Origin: Paraglomus brasilianum
Lineage: Eukaryota
NCBI GenBank assembly: GCA_910592345.1
Contig: CAJVPI010000044.1
Coordinates: forward strand, 1 to 64,000
Length of the DNA stretch: 64,000 bases
Direction: 5' to 3'
In this document: positions 37,530 through 55,900 of the stretch, piece by piece
Layout of the letters: each line of letters opens with the position of its first letter
Numbering within the stretch: the stretch's first letter is position 1
Translations under genes and position numbers: made by a program
The notes under the pieces: model-generated
Told to the model about the DNA's origin: nothing
The model's input: only the letters and a program-made list of their open reading frames with translations
Databases searched by the model: none

Positions 37530-38899
37530 GCACCAAATAAATGTATGGAATAAGACGAAGGCTTGTTTCTGTAGTGTAAGTAGGTTTTGCTGTAAGTTGT
37601 CGTGTGTTTGTGTGTTGGAGAGTATCTCGTAGTGCTGCCGGTGCTGTACAGCCGTTGTGACTTGGAGGATAGTTAATTACTTAGAAAAGTACGGTACTTG
37701 TATTGGCTTCTTGCAGTCTAGTTCAGAAAGTCGGGCTTTCTATATGGTAGAGGGCGAGGGTCCTGTCAGTAGTTGCGGGTCTTGCGTATTTTGTCAAAGC
37801 AACCCAGTTATGCATTTGACCTATGCAAAAGTAAGCGTTGTTTCTTGATTCCAAAATAATATTTAAATAAAACAATTAATAAGGAACCAAGCTATTATTT
37901 AGAGTTAGCCAGGCGTTATGGTATATAGTCTTATGATAGATATGTGAAGCGAAAAAGTAAAAAAGCGAGGTGATTGCTAAGCAATGGAATAAGAGCGCTG
38001 TGGAAAGCGTGCTGTCCGTTCTCAACGACTTGGTATCGATAGATGAAAAAAAAAACAAAAGGTGGCACTCGGACTTTTATAGACGATTGTTTGATTGTTG
38101 GATTTTGAATGACTAACACATAAATAAATATGTAATATACTGATAAGCCTTGTCGAAGAATAGCTAGAATTGTGACTGTGATAACACAAAAAGGGGAAAG
38201 CTACGCCACCACAAAATATACAATAAAAGAACACCACAAAATATACAAGGAGCTATTTTATAATTTTATAATAGAATGTGTGTCATCTCAATATTCCGAT
38301 ATGTTGATAAGTCTCCATCACATGACACCATATCAATATCAAAACAGGTGTATCTTATCTTCGACGACGTGAGTACCCCATGTGAATATGCAGCCTTTAC
38401 AATAGGCTGATAGTATATAATAATAAACATGTCACTAAATACCCATATATACCCATACTAATGACACTACGTCACCCCTTTTTTGGGGTGTAGTATTAAA
38501 GGGGTGAATTAAAAGTGTCCAATCACATATCTGCAGGGGTGAAATACAACAGTAATATAATAATATAATATAAAATACAATACAATACAATACAATAGAC
38601 TACATTAAATATAAACCCCCCCTCTCATCAAGAGTCTACTATTATCTTAATCTTGGATCGACAACGCCATGAGGAGATATTTTTAGTCATGATAACATCG
38701 ATCAGTATTGAAAGATCATTGATTTTTTTATCATATGTTTACATGGTTTTTTTATACATCTGCATAATCAAATAATCAGATCCCCTCGTTTAAGGCATTC
38801 TATGCTATAATCGCTACCCAAGTATGGAAAACTGCTAACCATAACGATCCCATCAAATGGATGGAAGGCTACGCTGTGGAGATGATATGATGCGTTTGC

Positions 38900-41800
38900 G
38901 ACAAACCATAATAAACTTGCATCATTTTCGTACAGCTTTATTTGATAACCTAAATGAATAGTATAGGAATGATCAACGATACGTAGTCATGTAATGTAGA
39001 GATAAGCAAGTGTAATTTCAATTTTTACTATTTATTGATTCTATAGTATCTGCATTCCCATCGATAGCTTCCAATGCGAGATAATGCATGATGCACGTGA
39101 TGGGTAAATAATCAACAAATAATGTAATGGTGATAACAACAAGGTAAGAGCAACATCATCAACCAACAACCCGACAAACTATCTACTATATCGGTGCTTC
39201 TTTTTATTTAACATCTGTATCAGTCTCGGGCATATCTTGTCGTACGTTGCCCTTTTTTTTTTTTTAAACTGTAGATTCGCTATAACTAGACTGGGGTAAT
39301 ATGATCAAATATAGCTAGTTTTGCATATTAATAATACTAATTAAATATATTACACAATGTTATTATTTATTTCATTGTATTACTATTTATATGTTATCTA
39401 TAATAACATTATTTGTCAAGTTTTCCAACACGAATGTTCGATCCCCCATACTCTGCAATTTCCCAACAAGTGTTTTCCCACCACTTTGTATTGCCGCGTG
39501 AACCTGCAATTGTGCATATTTCTGTCCGGGGTTATCTGAATGAATAAGATTTAACTGAATATTATATAAGCTACTATTTACATCTAGTCAGTCATCTAGT
39601 CAGTCATCCAGTCAGTCATCCGTTTTGCCATCTGCGATAATGCAGACATTGCTAAGCCAAGCTAATTGCAACAAGCAATCAACGCCTTTTCGTCGTGAAC
39701 ATGCAATACTCAACCATCCAATACAATATCATGTTTTATACACACTGTTTACCACTCCACTTTGCAGACTCTATCTAGCATTCCTATCGATGAGATGAGT
39801 GGTATCTTTCAGTAATTTGTCCCTCCGTCAATATGTAATTTGTCATTCTTTTTGGCGTATCTTCTGCTATTAAAACACATCTATTCCCACCGAGTGACAA
39901 TCTTATCGCCAAAGATGGTAGCAACGTAAATAATGCATGTAACTGTGTGTTTGTCCTGATGTACTATTACATAATGTGCTCAATAACCCCACTCCATCTC
40001 GTATACTCCAATCAAATTGTACACGATAACTCCGCGTTTTCCGCCCTAAATTAAGAAGTTTCTCTTTGTCATTGAATTCTTATCTGATATCACTCCTTTG
40101 TTTAATTATAGGTATTTGTGACTCCATTATTACAACCAGTATACATTCGAACATTGAATAAACAGGCAGCACGCAAGATAATAATATGATGTACCCTTGG
40201 TTATGTTACGTAGCTCGGCTTTTTTGCTCGTTACACTGCACGTGCTGCGTCTTCTGGATGTTAAGAGTTTATTGTATTAGATTTTCGGTTGAAGTTCTTA
40301 TCGTCGCTACACTATTGGTTCCGGCTTTGGAGTCATGAACATATAAGTAAACAAATAAGATCTTTGTGAGCAGAAAGGACGAAGCAAATTAAACTTTTTG
40401 TATCTTATTAAAAATATCAACAGCCTTGCTGTAATTAAAATGTAAACCTGGTGCAGATAAGCCACCGTTGTTTCAGAAAAGTAGACAAAAGCCCGACAAA
40501 GGGACGTCGGAGTTGTGGTTCAGCATGGCTGATGGCACAGTTAATATCATGTAATTCTGTATCACAATTTGTAATTATTCTGATTACCATATCGGGACGA
40601 TAAGGCATTTGATGCTTGATAATCAGATAAATACGTAAACCTGGCTAGCTCAATTTTTTTTGAGATTATCAAAGGATAGAAAATCATCTTTTAAATTTGG
40701 GCCATTAAAAGGTTTAATCAATATTGGCTTAGAAACATTTCGTGAGAAGTTGTAATAACCAACTTATCCGATAATAACGTTTGGAAATAGACATCTGTTT
40801 CTATTAGAGATCAATACGTAACAGTTAAGATTTTCCTAATCCGTTCTTCGTATTGGCTCTTCATTAGCAAGAAGTAGGTTATGGGTTTGACCGAATTTCG
40901 CCAACGTTACGCATAACACAATACTAATTAAATCTATATGAAAGAAGTTATGCATAATATCTTGTTACAAAATATTGGTATAATTAATAATTAATAATTA
41001 ATAAATGAATAGCTTTCAAGTTTATCGAGTCCGACATTGACAGTATGTGTAGGGGTGACCGAGGATATAGTAAAGAAGCTATTTCATCAAGTACGAAGAA
41101 TCCTCGCAAATCAAGATCGAATTGGTTAATAATCACAATTTTGAAGAAATTCTTGATGTAGATACCCTTTCCCAATCACAGCCTTAATTCAATCTTGCAA
41201 ACTGCTGTGCCTACTTCTATGATTTTACCATCTTCATGCATAAAGCATACCGTTAGCAACGAGCGTAACATCTACTCTGGAATCGCCAATGTCTATCTTA
41301 CAACATTGCTTCCGCCTCAAAAAAAATTTTTTTTGGTGACATAACTGTCATTATGCTTTTACCTTTGATACTAACATTAAGGTTTGCGTGCGCTAATAAT
41401 TCCTTATTTATCCGTCTCCTTTCCCGTGATAACATTTCATGCTTATCCGGGATATATTATTTCCCGAGAGGATGATCTACAAAAAGTGATCGTAAAACCT
41501 TTTTGATTATCGGAAAAGCTGACCAATATAGTCGATGATAGTGTAATGGTCACGATTTATCGCGTTGATATGTGGTTAGTGTCATAAGTAATTAGTGTAA
41601 TAGAGCAAGAATCTGGGAACCTCCGACGGTACTACAGTTAAGCCTAATACTAGTGGTAATGATAAGAGTTTGCCCAAAATCCATGCACAAAGTCTACCAA
41701 GTCAACAACATCCTGATTCATGTGTTTTTTACATTTCAGGCAATTCTCGATAAATCCATCATAATTTGTGTCCCATATCATTTGAATTATAAATAAACGT

Positions 41801-43000
41801 CATATACGAAGTCACAAGCATGTCGTGTTACATGGACAAAATATCATGTAACATTATGTAAGGCTATGTATGAGTCATAAACCCCTTTTCAAATAAATAG
41901 CAATGTTTCATAAGGGCTTTTTTGGTTTTGCGCTTTACAATCAATCACTTGTCGTTCCCCCGTCCCCAGTTTTTCTAGTTCTTTCGATTATGACAATAAG
42001 CAGTGTAACATATGACGTAACAAGGCGAAAAGTGCCCGAGTTTGTGATTGCAGATCGTATGTATGTGGTGAAGTTCAATGACTCTCAAGTGACCTCTGTG
42101 CGACAAATTTCTCTTTATGAAGTAACAAAAAGAAGCAGGGGGTTCGACGATAAATGACATTGTTGTTGAATGAAACACCAACTAGTTTTGACATTCTAGA
42201 CCTGCTGGCGGATAACTAGTTGGCGATGGAGATGATGTATTTTCGATACTCTTGGCAATATAGACATCATGTGATTTTTTGGTAATGGTTGCTTAATTTG
42301 GTTTGTCATATCTTGCTTGACAAGCTTATTATTTACATGCATGTTTATGGTAAAGCGTCTATCCTTCCAAATATATCGCACACCTTATCACGATATGTTC
42401 CGGGGGCGGAGTACGAGGGTGACAGTGGGAATGTGTAACCGATGTTTATGATTATCTACAAGAAAAAGATAAGATAATGCTTGTTAATCGCTTTCAAACT
42501 TGTACGACTTTGGATGAAGGCGTAAATGAGGGAAAAATTTAGTTGCACATATGGAGTAGATAAGATCTTGGGATGTGATAATAGGAAATCTCCCGTTATT
42601 GTGTCAATTCTAAAAATATGGCGTGAGTACAAATCAATAGTAGTCAGTCAACAGATGAGTACTAATAAACCAAAACGACCAATCACAGCCATCATAACGG
42701 GAAAACTACACTCTTCTGTTGTGGCTTAAACACATGATAAAGGCTTCATTATCATATACACACCCATCGCAGGTCAAGATCGACAAATAATGTGAACCAA
42801 TTTGAAACGTGCTGTCGTTTCTTTCTCTCGAATAGTATTCGCAACCTTTATCTTGCAAAAATAAACAAAAACATTATGACTAACTGGATTCACACGGACA
42901 ATTAGTGTGTATCTGATACTACTTGTGCAATTTAGAAATAACCAGTATTCCTTTCAGAATGCCAAAAAGCAATTTTGCGAAAAAGGTGTCTGCGTAAACA
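38900..43000. promoter_or_regulatory. GATA-site-dense region upstream of sreA
   Basis: Exact ATCAGATAA at 40080-40088 (-) and 40622-40630 (+), variant ATCCGATAA near 40766, and many GATAA/TTATC cores. Confidence 0.55.
39581..39620. repeat. 12-bp tandem repeat (CATCYAGTCAGT x3)
   Basis: Seen directly in sequence. Confidence 0.8.
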
Positions 43001-45307
43001 TACTTATGAAAGTAGAAAACGCTCTTTAGAGTGCTGTAAAAAGAAACAAATTTGGTCTTATACACGCTAGGGCAAACATGTATGATGGCTTTTGGAAAAG
43101 GAAAAGCCTTACAGTGATGTCAACTTCTGGGATGCGTATATTTTAAGTCATTAAGCGCTTGCGTTCGAACTGCTAAAAACGCGCACTAGCGATGACGATT
43201 TCGAAAAGAAAAAAAAATCCGAGTTAGCGCGCAATGTTAAACGCGCAAAGTTAAGTACGTTAAATGCCCACAACTTGATCTTCGTGCATATGTTTGTAAG
43301 TGAAATAGCCAATATTTATTATGTCATGCCTATGTTATTCTATGCCCGGTATGCTCTAGATGAGAGTTTGTAATTTCAAATTGGACTCTACATTCTTGAA
43401 AAGCAAATTGTAAAAGATCGTAACTTACTATCATCAATACTGAGCGTCACACAAGCCCAGAAGCTCTCTATGTTGAACTAAGGTCGTATGGTAATAATAC
43501 GGCGAAGACTGCATAACAATCAATCTGTATGTACAGTATTCCTTTTGAATAGTCGCTCCGTGAGTCTGCCATATTATACGTGATTACATGCTATGCTGTC
43601 TTGAGTAACTAGGCTTTGAGGTAGACTTGCACAAGTCCATCTCTATTTTTCATTAAACCGGTCGTGCACTGGACAAAGGGCGTGTTTTGTGATCGAGGAT
43701 ACCTGCTCACTTGGTCCGAGCGGGCAAAGATACAGTATCTCTTGCTATATTTGATAAAGAGAGAATCTGTCACTCGTATTACAGTCTCTAATGATATTTG
43801 TTGTGCACACCGAGCTATGTTTTGAAAACGAAACTCCGCCATAAGGGTTCAGTTACTCCATTGATTGCGTTGTTGCAGCTTCGTCCTTGCTTTGACGATG
43901 TACTGCATTTATTAACTTATTCGTTGTAATCATGCTGACTGGAGTCATTTGGAATGCCCACTTAATATATAGTATATCAAACTTGCATTCGAGTATACAA
44001 GCTGTTACTTAAAATTTCGTAACACAAATGCAGATTCCCCACCATAGAGTAAGAAAGGCAAGCAGGCGAGAGCTTTCTCTCGCTCCCACGAATGGTTTGA
44101 AAGCGGATTGGATCATTGTTTTTCGATGTTTGCAGTGGGTGATTCGCGATCTGTAATTCGCTAGTCACACAACGCAACACGTTGTCTGAGATTAGATCGA
44201 TTCGACTATTTGTCGTTGGGCACATCTATCGTTGAAGGTAGTTTTGAACATATAATTTTAGCTTGAAAACTACGCTGTCTGTCAATCTGTTTATTCTTCG
44301 TATATTGTTCAGCGAGATATGGAAAGTTGGATATGTAGAGTTGGTGGGTCTTTTATTGGACACAACTACGAGGCCGCTAAAGCGGCTATAGAATGAACTG
44401 GTAAAATGATGAGCATTGTATTTGATATGATAAGATCGCATCCTTAAATACAGTTACCTGAATTAAATGCTAAGAACTGTTTAGTAATAATAAACGAGTC
44501 TGTATTCTTTAAAATAAATATAGACATAAAAAAAAGTCTTACGTAAGTTAAATGATAACTCTGCGATTGCGAAGTGTTTCTTATTGGGTTAGTTGCACTC
44601 AATGTTAATAAAAAAATATATATATAGAAAAAGAATTGGATTTAATAAGACATTTTGTGTGAAAGAGTTTTGCCATACCTCTATAGAACCTGATTTTAAC
44701 CTACAGAAAGTTTCTGGACAATGCTTAAAATATTAAGATTGTTGCTACATGAAAAAAGGTATCAAAAAAGTCTTTATAGATAGCATGCCAATATATTAAA
44801 ATTTATCAAGATAGAAGGAGGGCACAACTACAGTTTCTAGTAAAAAATGCAGTTGTTTTCTTTCTTGTGATTGTCGAATTATATAATAAGGCTTAAAAAT
44901 TCTATTATTATTTCAAAAACACTTTTGAGTAAGGCAATGTGGATCTAATATTTCTTAATCATTTCAATTTAGTAAAATCAAATTATACACAATCTGACTG
45001 TAAAGAGTTTAATGTTCTGAAATAAAGTTTTCTCGTTACCTTTTACAATTTATCACATGATGTTAATTTTAATTACTGTAGATCCCATAAATTATTAAAG
45101 GGATTTATTCGAACTGCCTATATTCGAGTTATAATAAGGTCATATTTTGGCCGAATTATGGGGGTGAAGAGGTAGTTATTTCATGATGTTACGGGCCTTA
45201 TTCATATTAGATTTTTTTCATATAAGAGACTGTATAATTGCTTTAGCAAAAAAAAAAAATTAGCATGACAATAAAACCATTACTGACTTTTTTTTCTTAG
45301 GACTGTA

Positions 45308-45951
45308 CACTACCCGGACAAAAGTCTTGCGCATCGAAAAAAATTTAATTACACAAAATTATACATAATAATAATATGTCAAATTTTAATATAACGTTGT
45401 TTTGGTTTGGACAAACGCGTGTATAATTTTTGTGTTTGTAAACACACATCAGAATATATAAATAAATCCGCAATAACTTCTAACTTTTATTGATCTGCCC
45501 ATTAGTAAAAGTAGACGGTAAAATGAATAGATTTGACTACATACAAATACTTAAAAAGCATTTATTGGTTTCAAGATGATAATGCTCCAGTTCATACTGC
45601 TGAAGATGTTAAGAAATGGATTTTAATGAACAAAATCAAAGTCTTACCAGGATTGGCCAAGTCAGTCTCCTGGCTTGAATTCAATTGAGCATTTATGGTC
45701 GGAGCTGGAAAGAAGAATAAGAAGCAAACCACAGGCAATAACAAATTTTGCAGAATTAGAATAGAAAGTATGCCACGGAGAATAGAAGCTGTTATTGCAA
45801 ACAATGGGTGGCCAAGAAAATACTAATTTATATAGTAATAGTTACTTCATTGGTCAAAGTATTATCTGTTAAAATTTGAAACGTAATTATTATGTATAAT
45901 TTTTTGTAATTAAAATTTTTTGATATGCAAGACTTTTGTCCGGGTAGTATG
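45308..45951 (+). mobile_element. Internally deleted Tc1 element
   Basis: ~80-bp TIRs starting CACTACCCGGACAAAAGTCTTGC; remnant FQDDNAPVHTA...WPSQSPGLNSIEHLWSELERRI. Confidence 0.9.
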
Positions 45952-48679
45952 TATTAAGTTTTTTAAAATACAATAAATATAAAATTTAAAACAGGGTTAT
46001 TCGTAAGCTAATTTATCAAGCTTAATGAAATTACCATACACGTTGGAGACCAGTACAAGTGGAAAAGTTATTATTGTCTAACACTATTGTATAATATTAT
46101 AAATTATCTTCCAACGGATGATAATAAGGAATTCTATAGAATAAGAGTTCTTTTAAAATTATCTAATTATGTAATTTCCAGAGCAGAGCGTGCAAAATTT
46201 AATATTAATTTAGTAAGATAAAAATTATATTGGCTAATTTCAAACGCGTTTCAATATGTAACAACGTTGATACTGCATTATTCCAAAAATCTTGGATCGA
46301 GCGCACCATGATATTATTTTATGTAAAAAAAATTGTTAGCGTTATTGTTATTTTCCGTCAATACTTTATTTCCAATGTCTTTTCTCGCTTTCTTATAGGT
46401 AATCCAATGGTAGATGTGATTACTACCTTCTTGATTCTGTTGTGTCTGAGTCGGGGTGTCTCAGTTCGGAACCCAGTCACGCAATCCAAAACTGTTGTCT
46501 CATACTCAGTTCCGAACCCAGACACACTCAGTTGTCTCAGTCCAGAACTCCCCAGCTGAGGTACAACAATTCTCTAAGCGATTATTCTGTATAAATTGTT
46601 CAGTGTTATTTATTGGACAACGCATTCAACATTTTTTTCCCCATAAAGCTAACTTAGACACGTAAGGCATCTGTATAGAATAAAAATGTGAGTACAATAG
46701 GCAATCTTTATAATAAACATCGTGTAAGGTTATTTTATAAAATAATGTACAGTATATGTTAAGGTCAACGGATGCGCTTGATATAATCTTGTTAAAGACA
46801 AACATGCAATTAATTTATGTATACAGTAGCGAAAAACGCTCGCCTGTAATTTGTGACAAATAAAATCCAGCCTTTTCCTTAGTAATTATTCAACCTCGAC
46901 AAGGAATGAATTGAAAAACGAACGACCAGTGAATGCAACGAGCGACTGGGTGACGCAGACGAGACAATGGAGGATGCATTGCGTGCTAATCTAGAAAAAT
47001 ATAATCATCGTGACATGTTTAAAAAGGAGATTGGATTAAAATAAAACTTTAGATGGTTCTTTCGTTACAATGTTAACCTTTTTCTTTCTTGATGCAGTAG
47101 CAAGAATCTCACACAAGCTCAGGAATCATCCAAGTCAAACAGAGTTGTTTTTCGTTTTAATCCGATTTCGTATTAATTGACCATGATTATTGTTTACGAA
47201 TATGTTATATCTCATATAGTATGAATGTTTACACTACAAGTCTCGCAGATGTTGTGTAACTGCGCTTAAGTGGGTCAGGTGATTTGAAGGAAGAAAGGGG
47301 ATTTCGTACGTTTTTTCATTCTTTAGTCAATAATCGCCAACGAATAACAAACTAAATGAAGGAAATGAATGTTCTGTTCAATCGCAGGTTTCATTAAGAA
47401 ATCCTTGGGGAGGGGCACACACAACAAAAAAAAAAAAAAAAAAAACTCTCAAAACCAACCGAATATATGACAGATTGTTTAACGAGTTTAAAACAAGTTC
47501 AGAGACCAATTGACAACGTTCGTCTATCCGAGATGTACTTACTGCATGTGTGTTATGATCATATGATTGATTTAAGTACACAAAATCACGTCATTTGAGC
47601 GATGAGTAGATCTTCCACACATATTCAGAGCGACGATCCCAGATTAAACGCAATAACATAATAGTAAACGAAGTTAACATATCAACATAACTATCTCTAG
47701 GTATTCAAGCATTCACATAGTTAATACACTTGTTTAAGAATCCATGCAAAAGGTTTGAGACTGCAGGCCAAGACGCAATAATCCGTTATATAAATATGCG
47801 ACTTACAATCATTGTTCTGAATGACTAGTGTTGTATGAACGAGATTTGACACTGCGTTAAAATCTAACATTAGTGACAATAATAAACCGCGAAATTTGTA
47901 ATTATGGCACGCGATTTGTTTACTGCCAGCATTTATGTGAGCGCGACGTAGTTCTTTTTTTGTTGAATAAAAATCCCCTCGCGATAGTAGTGTGTTTTGT
48001 TTTTTTGCTGAGGCTGCTGGGGTAGTTCAAAAACGACGATAACTAAACGTGTGAGGCCCCTATTGGAGGTAGCTCTCTCTAGCCTGACCGCACCATCTGC
48101 ATTGTTTTTGTTGCTGTCAGTTGACAGGCGGAATCCGAGTGAGTGAAATGGGTGGAGAGTTACGAGCCCTCCTTCGTCGTCATTTTCCGCGGGACGGACA
48201 AGATGGCCTCTGGAACGCATTATCATTTATCTCATAGGAGCACAAGTTTATTAATTATGTCGAACCAACAGTTTTTACTAATGCAGCCTTGGAAAAGAAG
48301 GTGGAAAAATATGCTTTGGATAACTTTACTGAAATTAAAACAGTTTGCGTTAATTATAATATTAATATGGGCGTGAAACTGTAATGTCTTGAAATGCGTT
48401 AACGTAAATAGTCTGTTGGATTCATACACTGCAACATGGAAGCAGCATGTTAAAAATTGAAGACTCTTATGTTCGATGTCTATATATGACGTATAAGATA
48501 ACATTAAACTTTAGTACATCTGGTATTCCGCAACTGTTTCTTTATCTTTTCGGGATTCGAAAATGGATTAGCTTACTTCAGATCGTTTTTATCGTTACCA
48601 TTTTATTATGCAAATGTCAATAAAATTTACATCATTTTGAAGCTAATTGAAGAAAATGATATACCAAGCATTGGATCAA

Positions 48680-49085
48680 ATGACTGACAAACGTGAACTT
48701 ACTGAATTTGAGCGTGGTGAAATAATTGAAAGTTGGAAGTATGGTGTCAAAATAGTTGAAGGGTTATTATGGAAGAGTTGCTAAGAAAAAACCCTTGGTC
48801 ACCGAGCCTAATCGCAAAAAACGTCTTGCTTGGTGTCGAATAAGAAAAGAATGGCATAATTAATGGAATATGGTTATATTTATAACAAGGGTTGTTTACG
48901 GCCCACTATGAAAAAGTCCGATGGAATAATGGTGTGGGGTTGTTTTTGTAGAGGTATGATAGGGCCATTAATTAGTCTTAGTTGAAGGCGGAATAACAGC
49001 AGAGAAATACTTTCCGACCATCTTATACCATTTCTCAATAGTAATAGTATTGATATCTTTTTCAGGATGACAACGCTCCAGCGCT
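48680..49085 (+). mobile_element. Tc1 transposase remnant
   Basis: MTDKRELTEFERGEII, KKPLVTEPNRKKRLAWC, IMVWGCF, FFQDDNA across frameshifts; no TIRs found. Confidence 0.8.
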
Positions 49086-50133
49086 TACACAGCGAGGTCA
49101 ACATCATCCGTGTTACTGGATTCTTCCATAATCAATAAGTCCAATGACTTGTTGCCCGTAGTCCAATTCCCAGTCTTGGTGCTTTACTACTACAGCTGAA
49201 GCAGAATGCATTTATCTTAGGTCTGAGTTGCTTTATTCATGCTAGACATAATCCATTGTCAACTTTTACGAGACAATACGTGAATCCGATGGTAACACAG
49301 GCATTCACGGCAAGAATAGAAACTGTATATTTGCGAACAATGTTATTACAATGTAATTGCGATGTCTTAATAATGTCAAAAAGATCTTGTTAAAACCTAG
49401 TTACGATTCATTGTAAGAACATTGATTTAGAGTTGTGAAAGCATTGTATTGTATAGCATTGACAAAGGCTATTATAATGTTTGTGTAAGCTTGCAAAATA
49501 TAGTAACAAAGATTTATGTGCAACCTAGTTACAATGCAGCGTTATTTAGGATGGTAAAAGCGTAATGTGCTGGGTTTCGAGCTAGGACCGATGCTGACAT
49601 GCTGTTATTTACCTTCGTAATAATAGATAAGATAATAGTAATGGTAATCATGACTGATTTTCAAGTGTCCTGGCGTTCACTTCGCACTATGTGAACCGTG
49701 GGTTTTTGACAAGATTTAGAACTACTAGTGTCTGGCAATAATTATTTGCTTTAATCTATGTCATAAAGCGTTTAGAATAAATAGAGATATAATATTGGCA
49801 AAGCAAGAATACGAATTATTTATTCCAAATGGCTAAATATGTATTGGTATCACCCAAATTTACTGCAATAACAAAAACGCGCTCTTTACTGACGGCAGGA
49901 TATTAGTGCCCCTTTCGTTTATTTTTAGTAACACCGAATCTCATACTAAGAACAGTTAATTAAGCTCGTACTATCAATCTCCCCGAAATCAATCCAATCT
50001 ATCGTTTATATTTACTTTATTTCTACGGCGTTAGTTTGCAATTTAAATAGAGATATCACACTTTAATAAATATGTAATGAATGAAATGATGGAAAACAGA
50101 GATGAACGTCCTAAGCACAAAAAAATATATATA

Positions 50134-52939
<2,806 letters not shown>

Positions 52940-55900
52940 GATGCAAGTTGTAAATGAGGGCACGTAGAGTGGGAAGGCGTTAAAAGAACAGCTAGAGAGT
53001 AATGACTATGATATGGGCCAGTCGTTTAATGTATTTATGAAGTTTTTTGAACAGTTGTATTGTATTCGAACCCTAAAGTATATGTGTAAGAGTCTATTAA
53101 TATTGGATACTATTTTTTTTGTGTTATAGGTGTATTTAAATTGTTAAACTGTTCTGGTGCAAAGAACGAGATTATTGGTCAAGAGTTTGTTGAATAAACA
53201 TACACATATTTATATATTTCGATTTGAATCCAATTTAATTTCTTGGGGGTGGATGGTGGTGGGGGGATAAGAAAAATGGAGTAATATGAATATGAATATT
53301 CTGTCAATGTTATATGATGAAGGCTATATACTATGTATGGATTATTGTCAATATCAGCATAGTTGTTATCGAGTTCATACTAAATGTTTTTTTTTTTGAG
53401 AACATATCTCATCTTTGCCGTATTGGATTGTCCAGTGCGCAAATTAGAAAGTAATCGATCTAATTCATCAATATATGCAACTAGCCTATTGGGTTTCAGA
53501 TGCACATTTCCAACGTATTCGACGTTCGATATTCCCTTGTGTGTATTTTCTTGTTTCCACTGTGTTACCTGAAAAACGATTTTAAGGTTACACGTGGGCC
53601 ACGCGAAGTGTGTGACCCATGAAACTGAAGTTGATATGCATTGTACCAATCCTCCAAAGCTACGCAAGTGAATTAGCCAACAGCATACGCAACAACACCC
53701 ACGGCGTCTTCCAATCCACAAAGTGCCTATAAACCCATTTCAGTATATTCAGCCTTTCGCACTGTCCCCGTCCTCCGCTTATTCTTTATACCGTCGATCA
53801 AATGATATCGATGATCATTGTTTCACAACGGCGCAAGGCACGTTCTGTGTGTCATTCGTCGCATACTTTTCCGTATGAAGGAAAAACAAAGAAAAGACCA
53901 ATTCATCAACACTCGGACAGACTCTTTTGGAAAGGAAGCAAACCTTCCTCGTCATATTCAGTAAGTGGGCTCTTCTCGACAGAGGCCACTGGTAGTCGAA
54001 ACACAATTTAAATGATGTTTGTACAATAGTGTTGGCATCAATTTTTAATTAATTCAATTGCTGATCCGGCCTGCTTGCGTTATCGTTATCGGGCTTGATC
54101 CTTAACCTTATTTGGCCCGTAAGCTAACTAATAAACTCCCTTCCCCCCCCCCCCCATTAAATGAAAATTCCATTTATGTACTGTATATTGTCGAGTGCGA
54201 GTAAAGGAAAAGAACCGGTTTTTTATGAGAACAAGAAAGAAATGGGTGCAATAAAGTTTATATACCCGGCCGTTGTGTATTTCGCTGCCCACAAATATTT
54301 CAGGGGTCGTAATAGAAAACACTTGTCTTACACACACCAATTTCGTATAGTGAAATGAGAACCCGGAATAAAATATCGGGTGTTGAGTAGCGTTTCATGT
54401 TTTCGTGATTGATAACAAAGCATAGTAGATTAATTATCTATGAACTCCTATCTTTAAGCAATTAATAAGGGCGGAATTCTCGTTTATTTGGGCGAGGAAG
54501 TTATTTGGAATTCGTTTTATTTATCCGTAGTATTTGGCTTCCTTCAGCCTCAGAAGGTTCATGAAATCCGGGCAATATTTGTACCGACAAAAAATGGCAA
54601 AATCAACGATCCGGTTTCTGACTGTATGGGTAACTCGAACCTACAGTCTTTTAAACCTGTTTCTTCGGCCGCTCTGTTGCTATCATAGATGGTATTACCT
54701 TATCATCTTTATATTTGAACCGTTCCTTCGTCACTTCTGTAAGTTTATTTTTAAGTTTATAATTTGGACGTATCACGGCTTTCTTTCGCCAAGTGGTTTT
54801 CGAATCACATTTCGTTAAAAAAAGGAAAATTTTGAGGTCCCAAGTTTGATGCATGCGTATTATCCGAATATATCACGTAAATTCCTGACTCGAAACACAT
54901 GTTAATATGTAGGTACAGTATTCTCGTCATTAGAATTATTATCCCGCAGTAGGAAGTTTAGCTCTACCGAAATATGTAGTCGAACTATATAAAACTAATA
55001 ACCTCGTTAGCGTAAAATGCATCACTGTCGAATGTAGGAATATAGTCTTTTCTTCACCCGTTCAGTCTACAATTTCTATCTAACCACCGGCCATTGCTGG
55101 ACTTGCAGCGTCGAAAAATAAATTATTTTGCGACCGAAGAATGCGATCACATCCTAAAAAAAAGGGAGGGAGGAGAGTATACTGTATGCAAGCATTAATT
55201 GGAGGCCAAAGGATCTAGTACCAAGGGCGAGAAACAAGGTCTTTCTCCAATATGAAGGAGAAAAAGGTTGATTTGATCTGTTGAAGAGTGGGAGTGTTTT
55301 CATGGCAAAAGGCCTCACTTTGTGTCAGACAATCGGGTGGCATGGAGGGTAGCAGTTTGAAATGTGCACGGCAAGATAGTTGAGACGCACGTCTGCAGTT
55401 TTCTTACAAATGACATCTTACGGGTTACTGTGTTATAATCCAAGTATGCCAATAATTTATGTAGTTGACGGATGGCAGGTGGATTTTTAAGCCAAATGCT
55501 TCTTTAGAAACTCATCTTTATAACGCATCTCGTCAGAAATTGAAACGTATCGCAGATTGATTGGCTAACAAGTCAGCAGCATTCTGAAATTGCTGGCTGC
55601 TCTTACAGTCAAAATAACCGGGTTGCGACTTCCACTCGCTGTCCGCATCATCTTCCTGATTCCTCTGACTCTTTTACTGGAACGCTGAGTAAACGTTACG
55701 CCAACACAGAAAAAGTTTTTGCAAAGATTCTATTATGTGGGCACACACTGCTATTTTTTAATCAGGGTTTTTCTTAAAAACTCTCCCTTCTTGCGTAATT
55801 CTCACTATTACAGTGTGAAATACTGTTTAATATTAATAGATCTGTTTAACGGATTCGGAGTGATATAAATGCTCTAACGAAATACTCACAGAATGGTTAG

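Noticed and set aside
43609..44441. Cluster of short ORFs
   Set aside because: No motifs or coherent splice structure
47933..48504. Possible pseudogene fragment
   Set aside because: Protein-like stretches but unassignable without a search
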